DNA from: a virus
Lineage: Duplodnaviria > Heunggongvirae > Uroviricota > Caudoviricetes
Length of the DNA stretch: 64,000 nucleotides
IMG/VR virus record: IMGVR_UViG_3300009500_000011
Location: 104,585-168,584 of that record
Strand: one strand, 5' to 3'
Shown here: piece by piece, positions 58,777 to 64,000 of the stretch
How the letters are laid out: each line of letters starts with the position of its first letter
Position numbering within the stretch: position 1 is the first letter of the stretch
Position numbers and translations under genes: made by a program
The notes under the pieces: model-generated
What the model was told of the DNA's origin: nothing
What the model saw: the letters and a program-made list of their open reading frames with translations, nothing else
Database searches by the model: none

Positions 58777-59009
58777 ATTAAAAAATTCCTTCTAGTAAAG
58801 AAGGGTAAGAGCATGAGTTAGGCGGGTAAACTGTACTATGCCAGGCCAAGGTAGTGGCAGCACAAATCTACTGTAGAGCAAGAGTCGAACAGTTTACATA
58901 AGAACACCTAGCAAACTGGGAGAGTTGAGGCCCAGGGATGCCGCCGAACATTCACTCTGTACAATTCGGCATTCAAAATTTCAAACTGCAAATTGAGTGC
59001 AGTATTTAA
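58777..59009 (+). ncRNA. structured non-coding region downstream of tRNA-Arg(ACG)
   Basis: Nested long-range pairings GGCGG/CCGCC and GTAAACTGT/ACAGTTTAC. Hairpins GCCGAA/TTCGGC and CTGCA/TGCAG. Shares a GGGTAAGAG box with the upstream leader. No ORF. Confidence 0.35.
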
Positions 59010-59294
59010 TTGAAACATTATAGATATCAAAGTCAAGAAGATGGTTACTGTCTTTCAAAAGAAGAATGGTGCTATCTTTGGTCATTAGAAGATGATTATT
59101 TAGGTCCAAATTGGACTCATGAAGATAGTTGGGAAGTTTATTTTGATGAAAGGTTGAATAACAAAAGCTTTATATCTATTGAAGATGAACAACATTCATG
59201 CAATAGATATAAAGGACAAACAATTCAACAAATAGAAGAAGAAATGATTCACTACTTTGAAAAAATTGAAGGAATGAAAAAAATTTCAAAGTAA
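59010..59294 (+). CDS. hypothetical protein
   Basis: TTG start; intact ORF. Confidence 0.4.
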   Translation: MKHYRYQSQEDGYCLSKEEWCYLWSLEDDYLGPNWTHEDSWEVYFDERLNNKSFISIEDEQHSCNRYKGQTIQQIEEEMIHYFEKIEGMKKISK

Positions 59295-59383
59295 GACTTG
59301 TCTTTTCCACAACAATGATATATAATGCTACAAGTGTGGATTTTCCACATAATTTGATTAAAGAAGAAAGGAACTTATCGAAA

Positions 59384-59467
59384 ATGCAAACTGCTAATAA
59401 CGTTGCAATGGCCCCGGTTGTTGTCGTTCCCGCACCTCAAGGTGTGTTAGTTAGTTATGCCCGATAA
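59384..59467 (+). CDS. candidate 27-aa micro-ORF
   Basis: Promoter-like TTGTCT-17-TATAAT at 59298-59326, RBS AAGAAAGGA. Peptide MQTANNVAMAPVVVVPAPQGVLVSYAR. Strong terminator at 59497-59525. Confidence 0.25.
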   Translation: MQTANNVAMAPVVVVPAPQGVLVSYAR

Positions 59468-59496
59468 GTAACCTTAAGGTCTAAAAAAGAATTTAG

Positions 59497-59525
59497 AACC
59501 CCTGGTGAAAACCGGGGGTTTTTTG
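59497..59525 (+). terminator. intrinsic terminator
   Basis: AACCCCTGG-tgaaaa-CCGGGGGTT followed by TTTT. Confidence 0.65.
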
Positions 59526-59626
59526 TATAATCGGGGGTAGGCAAGCGGTGAGCCATCTGGCCTGGACTCATTGTTATTAATCCAAATCAATTGAGTATTT
59601 CTCCTTTAGAAGGAGATTATTCAAAA

Positions 59627-60082
59627 ATGAAAACTTGTTTAAACTGCAAACAAATTAAAGACGAATCTTTATTTAGATGGAAAAATAAATCCAAGGGTTG
59701 GAAAAAAGCTAATTGTATAGAATGTGATAAAGTCTACGATAGAAAATATCATCAAAATCGACCATTAGAAAAGAAAAAAAATAAATTAATTTTAAGTAAA
59801 AAAAGAATAGACGATATAACAGAAAAAATTTGTTTACTTTTATTAAATAAAAAATGTATTGATTGTGGTCAATCTGATATTAGAGCTTTAGATTTTGACC
59901 ATCAAGAAAATAAAACTAATAATATTGGTAATCTTACTAGTATTAAATGGAGTTGGGAAAGAGTTCAAGAAGAAATCGAAAAATGTGTAGTTAGATGTGC
60001 TAATTGTCATAGAATTAAAACTCATAAAGAGAGAAAAACACGAAAATATTTATTTGGTTTAAAATATAATCTCTGGGAGTAA
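59627..60082 (+). CDS. HNH homing-type endonuclease (paralog 3 of 3)
   Basis: Trimmed to the ATG after RBS AAGGAGA. CLNC...CIEC ribbon, LDFDHQEN, CANCHRIKTH. The last 10 nt overlap tRNA-Pro. Confidence 0.7.
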   Translation: MKTCLNCKQIKDESLFRWKNKSKGWKKANCIECDKVYDRKYHQNRPLEKKKNKLILSKKRIDDITEKICLLLLNKKCIDCGQSDIRALDFDHQENKTNNIGNLTSIKWSWERVQEEIEKCVVRCANCHRIKTHKERKTRKYLFGLKYNLWE

Positions 60083-60147
60083 CTCAAAAGTAGAGTGCTA
60101 TGTTTGGAACATAGAAGTTGGGATGGCAGAATTCCCCTCTCAGACCA
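60073..60147 (+). tRNA. tRNA-Pro(TGG)
   Basis: C1-G72 acceptor CTGGGAG/CTCTCAG, D arm ACTC/GAGT, arm CTATG-TTTGGAA-CATAG, A73, CCA. T arm GGGAT-GGCAGAA-TTCCC (non-canonical). The 5' end overlaps the HNH stop codon. Confidence 0.65.
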
Positions 60148-60167
60148 ATCTTTTAGAAAGAAGAGAC

Positions 60168-60515
60168 ATGGGACTGTTTAGAAAAATATCTACGGCCACT
60201 TTACCATCAAATAACGCTGTAATGAAAAGTTATTTGGTAGATACAAAAAATCCAAATCCCTATAAGTATAAAATTTTAAAAACAGAACAATTAGGTGAAT
60301 ATTTGATTGTCAAAATTAATTATCCTAATTGTGAAAATTACGAAGGAAATAAAATTTTAGTTTATAAAAATACTACAATAGATAAATTAGTATCAGGAAA
60401 ATATATAGACCCGCATTTTTTTGATAATAAAATTTACAATTCTCCAATTGCTAGATTTCGACCAACCAAAGAAGGTTGGAATATGGCAATTAATTTTGTA
60501 AAAGGTTTAAAATAA
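60168..60515 (+). CDS. hypothetical protein
   Basis: ORF 60123..60515 trimmed to MGLFRK because its first 25 nt (60123-60147) overlap tRNA-Pro; the first Met after the tRNA was chosen. Confidence 0.4.
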   Translation: MGLFRKISTATLPSNNAVMKSYLVDTKNPNPYKYKILKTEQLGEYLIVKINYPNCENYEGNKILVYKNTTIDKLVSGKYIDPHFFDNKIYNSPIARFRPTKEGWNMAINFVKGLK

Positions 60516-60519
60516 ATAT

Positions 60520-60593
60520 AGCGGAGTGGTGAAATGGTATCATGCGTGGTTTGGGACCATGTGGCGAGGGTTCGATTCCCTCCTCTGCTACCA
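60520..60593 (+). tRNA. tRNA-Pro(TGG), second copy
   Basis: Acceptor AGCGGAG/CTCTGCT, arm CGTGG-TTTGGGA-CCATG (G37), T arm GAGGG-TTCGATT-CCCTC, CCA. Confidence 0.8.
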
Positions 60594-60597
60594 ATTT

Positions 60598-60672
60598 CCC
60601 CGGTTAGTTCAGCGGGAGAACGCCACATTGACATTGTGGAGGTGGTAGGTTCGACACCTACACCGGGGACCA
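60598..60672 (+). tRNA. tRNA-Val(GAC)
   Basis: Acceptor CCCCGGT/ACCGGGG, arm CCACA-TTGACAT-TGTGG, T arm GTAGG-TTCGACA-CCTAC, CCA. Confidence 0.85.
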
Positions 60673-60792
60673 ACAAACTTAAAGAAGTTGCGCTCAATCC
60701 GACGCTACAAGGTCGCTCCTTGTATCTTGTATAGAGAATATCGGAGTGCGAGACGTTTTCGGTTCACTACGAGTAAGAAGGGAACCGTTTAA

Positions 60793-60867
60793 GGGGAACT
60801 AGTGCTAATGGTAACACGACTCGCTTGCACCGAGTAATTCAGAGTTCGATTCTCTGGTTCTCCACCA
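60793..60867 (+). tRNA. tRNA-Ala(TGC)
   Basis: Acceptor GGGGAAC/GTTCTCC with G3-U70. Arm ACTCG-CTTGCAC-CGAGT, T arm CAGAG-TTCGATT-CTCTG, A73, CCA. Confidence 0.9.
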
Positions 60868-60891
60868 AATTTATTCAAGGTAAATAGTAGT

Positions 60892-61110
60892 ATGTCATTT
60901 AGAAAATTTGTATTTGAAAGAAGTGAAGATGTAAGCGGAGTATCAGGAATCGGTATTGTTGCTGAAGGCGTAGAATTTTCAAATGGTAAAACAGTAATTG
61001 CTTGGTGCGTTCCTGGAAAACCAAATTCAGCAGTTATATACGATAATATACACGAAGCAATAGAAGTACATGGTCACGAAGGCCGAACAGTAATAAAATG
61101 GATAGATTAA
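60892..61110 (+). CDS. hypothetical protein
   Basis: Intact ORF after tRNA-Ala. Confidence 0.4.
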   Translation: MSFRKFVFERSEDVSGVSGIGIVAEGVEFSNGKTVIAWCVPGKPNSAVIYDNIHEAIEVHGHEGRTVIKWID

Positions 61111-61111
61111 G

Positions 61112-61513
61112 ATGGATGAATTTGAAGAAATTATTGATGTTTTAGTCCGAAAAATTGAACTATCTGATGATAGATATGTTTTGGTTATAAATGGTAAATA
61201 TCAATTAGTAGTTGATGCAGATTGTTGCTCTGAAACATGGATTGAACATATTATTGGTGTAAAACAATTATTAGGTTCAAAAATAAGAAGTGTAAAAAGA
61301 TTAGAATTTCCATCTGAATATATTGAATGCTTGACGAAAGCAGAACCATCTGCCGACTATACACAATATTATGGATTAGCTATAACTTCTAGAAATGGGC
61401 AAATGATTATTGATTTTCGTAATCGGAGCAATGGTTATTATGGTGGAAGTATTCAGTTGCTTATTAGCGAAAAAATTCCTTCAAATTTAAGATTGATAAC
61501 CGAGGATGAATAA
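61112..61513 (+). CDS. hypothetical protein
   Basis: Intact ORF in the tiling. Confidence 0.4.
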   Translation: MDEFEEIIDVLVRKIELSDDRYVLVINGKYQLVVDADCCSETWIEHIIGVKQLLGSKIRSVKRLEFPSEYIECLTKAEPSADYTQYYGLAITSRNGQMIIDFRNRSNGYYGGSIQLLISEKIPSNLRLITEDE

Positions 61514-61515
61514 TA

Positions 61516-61716
61516 ATGTTCTGCGGTAAAAAACCAACTCAAGATGAAATAATGAAAATCAAAGAGTTTGCTGCTTTCTTAAGAAATATAAATTCTATCG
61601 AAAAAGATGAGAACTTGACAAAAGAAGAAAAAAAAGATAAACTAAACGAAATTATAGCGCAAGCAAATAATAAAATACAAAAAGAATGGGAAAATGGCAG
61701 AAAAAAACGACGATAA
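61516..61716 (+). CDS. hypothetical lysine-rich protein
   Basis: Intact ORF in the tiling. Confidence 0.4.
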   Translation: MFCGKKPTQDEIMKIKEFAAFLRNINSIEKDENLTKEEKKDKLNEIIAQANNKIQKEWENGRKKRR

Positions 61717-61924
61717 GTTTGAACTAAAAGGTTTTGTACTTAAATCACATCCCGGAGCAACTTTTTCAGTTCGATTAGAAGGAATAGAAAAAGATGTTCT
61801 TTGTCATCTTTCTGGGAAAATGCGAATGAATAATATTCGTGTTCTAGAAGGTGATACTGTGGATGTTGAAATGGATGTATATGATTTATCTAGGGGTAAA
61901 ATCATATTTAGGTATAAGAAATAG
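61694..61924 (+). CDS. infA: translation initiation factor IF-1 homologue
   Basis: 76 aa, colinear with bacterial IF-1: G.V........F.V.LE.......H.SGKMR.N.IR.L.GD.V.VE...YDLS.G.I.FR. Confidence 0.9.
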   Translation: MAEKNDDKFELKGFVLKSHPGATFSVRLEGIEKDVLCHLSGKMRMNNIRVLEGDTVDVEMDVYDLSRGKIIFRYKK

Positions 61925-62089
61925 ATGGTCGATAGACTATTACATTTTCTTCAAAATAAATATGTTCCCGCACTATGGGCAGTTTTATTAACAGTATGGT
62001 TAATTGGTGCTATAATTGATACAACTCCCAAAGTATATAATGTAATAAATTTAATAAATAAACAAATAAAGGTCAATCATCATGTTTGA
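61925..62089 (+). CDS. candidate 54-aa membrane peptide
   Basis: TM-like ALWAVLLTVWLIGAII. ATGTTTGA overlap with the next gene. Confidence 0.3.
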   Translation: MVDRLLHFLQNKYVPALWAVLLTVWLIGAIIDTTPKVYNVINLINKQIKVNHHV

Positions 62090-62360
62090 AATTGAATTTG
62101 TTGGTGGATATCATGATGGAAGAATTGAAAAGGTTGCTAAAACAAATCCTACAAAAACATTAACAATTAGCCAAAAAATGTCTACGAATGATTTAACTGG
62201 AGAAATTAAATCTCTTGTAAGCAGCTACAAATTAGATAGGAAAACTGAAGGTGTAAATGGTTTTCCACGCATTATTTATATAATTGATGCAGAAATTATA
62301 GAAACATCATTGATGCAAGATTTAATTAAAAATACAAGACACCTTCCAGAAGGATTATAA
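62082..62360 (+). CDS. hypothetical protein
   Basis: Intact ORF in the tiling. Confidence 0.4.
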   Translation: MFEIEFVGGYHDGRIEKVAKTNPTKTLTISQKMSTNDLTGEIKSLVSSYKLDRKTEGVNGFPRIIYIIDAEIIETSLMQDLIKNTRHLPEGL

Positions 62361-62361
62361 A

Positions 62362-62562
62362 ATGGCAGAAAAAGTTCAAAGTGATTCAACTATGTTTTTT
62401 AATTCGCGAGAAGATTCTGAAAAATTAATTAAAGAAGTTAAACATATTTCGACTACTAAGGTTCAAATTCCATTGCATGATGAATTACAAAAATTGATAT
62501 CCCATTCTGTTGGGATACCTCCTGAAGTAATGAATATTGACAAAACTAAAGAAAAAGAGTAG
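62362..62562 (+). CDS. hypothetical protein
   Basis: Intact ORF in the tiling. Confidence 0.4.
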   Translation: MAEKVQSDSTMFFNSREDSEKLIKEVKHISTTKVQIPLHDELQKLISHSVGIPPEVMNIDKTKEKE

Positions 62563-62577
62563 TATATAAATAAATAT

Positions 62578-62652
62578 GGGGTTATCATATAGTGGCTATT
62601 ATGACGGTTTTGCAAATCGTTCACCTCAGTTCGACTCTGAGTAGCTCCACCA
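62578..62652 (+). tRNA. tRNA-Ala(TGC), second copy
   Basis: Acceptor GGGGTTA/TAGCTCC with G3-U70. Arm ACGGT-TTTGCAA-ATCGT, T arm CTCAG-TTCGACT-CTGAG, A73, CCA. Confidence 0.85.
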
Positions 62653-62662
62653 AACAAAAATT

Positions 62663-62863
62663 ATGGAACATAATGATATAGACCAAAAAACAGTTCATGC
62701 TCTTGTATATAAATTTGCAAATGATTTAAATGCATTATTTGGCTGTGAAACAACTTTTAAAATTTCTAAAATGCCCCATGCAAAATATGGAATGGCTATG
62801 GAAATAAAGGTTCATCCACATTATCCAGTTAATGAAATAAACATTGATTTAACAATAAATTAA
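62663..62863 (+). CDS. hypothetical protein
   Basis: Intact ORF between two tRNAs. Confidence 0.4.
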   Translation: MEHNDIDQKTVHALVYKFANDLNALFGCETTFKISKMPHAKYGMAMEIKVHPHYPVNEINIDLTIN

Positions 62864-62868
62864 AATAT

Positions 62869-62944
62869 GGCTCTATCGTATAGCGGTTTATTATAGGGGT
62901 TTCATAAGCCTTTGACGAAAGTTCGACTCTTTCTAGAGCCTCCA
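62869..62944 (+). tRNA. tRNA with CAT anticodon (Met or Ile2)
   Basis: Acceptor GGCTCTA/TAGAGCC, arm GGGGT-TTCATAA-GCCTT (G-U rich), T arm GAAAG-TTCGACT-CTTTC, CCA. Confidence 0.75.
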
Positions 62945-62969
62945 AAATTCTTACTTTTAAGGAAATCCT

Positions 62970-63194
62970 GTGCAAGTAAACAAGAACGGTATTCCCATTG
63001 CCGGTTTTCGGGTTAAAAATATACCTGCTAGTTGCAGGAATAAAAGCCGTCAAACTGGCATGAAGAAAAGTTTTCAAACTCAAGCCAGCGCACAAAAATG
63101 GCTTGATAAAAAATTTCATGTAGATTTTATAGGAATGGAGCCTTATCCTTGTAGCATACATGGTTGGCATGTAGGCCATTCTATACGTAATTGA
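62970..63194 (+). CDS. hypothetical protein, paralog of 51287..51637
   Basis: GTG start. KKSFQTQASAQKWLDKKF...YPCSIHGWH motif is shared with 51287..51637. Preferred over the antisense 199-aa ORF. Confidence 0.4.
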   Translation: MQVNKNGIPIAGFRVKNIPASCRNKSRQTGMKKSFQTQASAQKWLDKKFHVDFIGMEPYPCSIHGWHVGHSIRN

Positions 63195-63225
63195 TTTTTC
63201 TTGTGCATTCTGGTACAATTTGTGT

Positions 63226-63738
63226 ATGAAAATTACTGATAAATACGTTTTGTTTTTTGGGCCAGAAGATTGTCCTTCCCAATGGTATCCTGTAAAGTTC
63301 AAAACTAGATTATTCGATTTTGAAAATTTAGAATTTAATTGTAGTGAACAATTCATGATGGCTGCAAAAGCATTATTCTTTGATGACAAAGAATCATTTG
63401 TTAAAATCATGAATACGTCTAGCCCCAATCAACAAAAATCTTTAGGTCGAAATGTTCAAGGTTTTGATAAAGATAAATGGAATGCTGTTTGCCGACCTTT
63501 AGTGACAGTTGGCAATATGGCTAAATTTACTCAAAATGATGATTTAAAGCAGTTTATGTTAGACAATGAGGGGAAAATTTTTGTTGAGGCTTCTCCTTAT
63601 GACGATATTTGGGGTGTTAAACTTGGGGCCAACGACCCTAGAATTTTAGACCCTTCTAAATGGAGAGGGACTAATTGGCTTGGAGAAATTTTGACTAGAA
63701 TTAATATTATAATTTGCAAAAAGGAGAAGTCAAAATGA
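63226..63738 (+). CDS. NADAR (YbiA-like) domain protein
   Basis: SEQFMMAAKA, SP...K.LGR, W......V...N.AKF.QN..L...L......VEASP.D.IWG, G.N.LGE.L motifs of the YbiA/NADAR family. Confidence 0.8.
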   Translation: MKITDKYVLFFGPEDCPSQWYPVKFKTRLFDFENLEFNCSEQFMMAAKALFFDDKESFVKIMNTSSPNQQKSLGRNVQGFDKDKWNAVCRPLVTVGNMAKFTQNDDLKQFMLDNEGKIFVEASPYDDIWGVKLGANDPRILDPSKWRGTNWLGEILTRINIIICKKEKSK

Positions 63739-64000
63739 GTATTTGGGAACCTTTCACGGAAAGAGCTAGACGTTCAATTGTTTTAGCCCAAGAAGAATCT
63801 CAACGTCTTGGTAGGGATTATATTGGAACCGAACATATTTTGCTTGGTATAATTTCTGAAAATGCATCTTTTGCAGCAGAAACATTAATCAATGAAGGTT
63901 TAAATCTTCAATCTGTGAGAGGAGAAGTTGAAGCAATTGTAGGTAGAGGTCAAAGAGCAAACAACAATGAAATGGTGTTTACTCCTCGTTCTAAAAAAGT
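63735..64000 (+). CDS. ClpC/ClpB-type chaperone, N-terminal Clp_N domain (partial, runs off the window)
   Basis: ATGA overlap with the NADAR gene. FTERARRSIVLAQEESQRLGRDYIGTEHILLGII...VRGEVEAIVGRGQ...FTPRSKK is colinear with the ClpC N-terminus. Not in the ORF track because it is open-ended. Confidence 0.85.
   Translation, partial: MSIWEPFTERARRSIVLAQEESQRLGRDYIGTEHILLGIISENASFAAETLINEGLNLQSVRGEVEAIVGRGQRANNNEMVFTPRSKK

Noticed and set aside
58820-58960. SRP (4.5S) RNA or a cobalamin riboswitch in the structured region after tRNA-Arg
   Set aside because: CCAGGCCAAGG...GGCAGC superficially resembles the SRP domain IV sequence. However, it cannot be folded into the symmetric-loop/GGAA-tetraloop hairpin, and no B12-box is evident. 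Left as an unassigned structured RNA.
59528-59590. Fragment resembling the 5' half of a class II tRNA (GGGGGTAGGCAAGCGGTGAGCC...)
   Set aside because: No anticodon arm, T arm or 3' acceptor partner could be found. It is mentioned only as a possible remnant next to the HNH gene.
62829-63428. 199-aa minus-strand ORF
   Set aside because: It runs antisense across tRNA(CAT), the 62970 ORF and the N-terminus of the well-supported NADAR gene. It lacks any recognisable motif and conflicts with the + strand tiling.
1-64000. CRISPR arrays, integrase/att sites, transposases or prophage boundaries
   Set aside because: No regularly spaced direct repeats, no recombinase-like ORFs and no flanking bacterial housekeeping genes were seen. 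The window appears to be entirely internal to a phage genome.

Overview
This window looks like part of a large AT-rich tailed-phage genome, possibly jumbo-class. Nearly every gene is on the + strand and tightly tiled; only two short cassettes are on the minus strand. No capsid, terminase or integrase gene falls in the window.

Recognisable proteins include:
- Replication and nucleotide metabolism: DnaG-type primase, class II (B12) ribonucleotide reductase, a CDA-fold deaminase and three metallophosphoesterases.
- ATPases and regulators: two AAA+ ATPases (one BCS1-like), PhoH, a vWA protein, and a possible two-gene sigma factor.
- Virion proteins: a tail-fibre-like protein with four internal repeats, and a 1111-aa protein built from about 50 copies of a 20-aa repeat.
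- Other: AdoMet decarboxylase, papain-like peptidase, NfeD/flotillin pair, HicA-like toxin, three paralogous HNH endonucleases, a macro-like protein and a NADAR protein.

The dominant theme is RNA and translation:
- About 34 tRNA or tRNA-like genes, several with non-canonical architecture.
- A strong tmRNA candidate with a derivable tag.
- A Ro60/TROVE gene preceded by an array of Y-RNA-like (YrlA-like) elements, with a further copy inside the tRNA array.
- An Rnl1-like RNA ligase, a Thg1-like protein, an RlaP-type nucleotidyltransferase and an Rv2179c-like exoribonuclease.
- An IF-1 homologue and a ClpC-like N-terminus.

Many RNA genes sit behind near-consensus sigma70 promoters (TTGACA-17-TATAAT-like). 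All RNA folds and protein family calls were made by eye and need computational confirmation.
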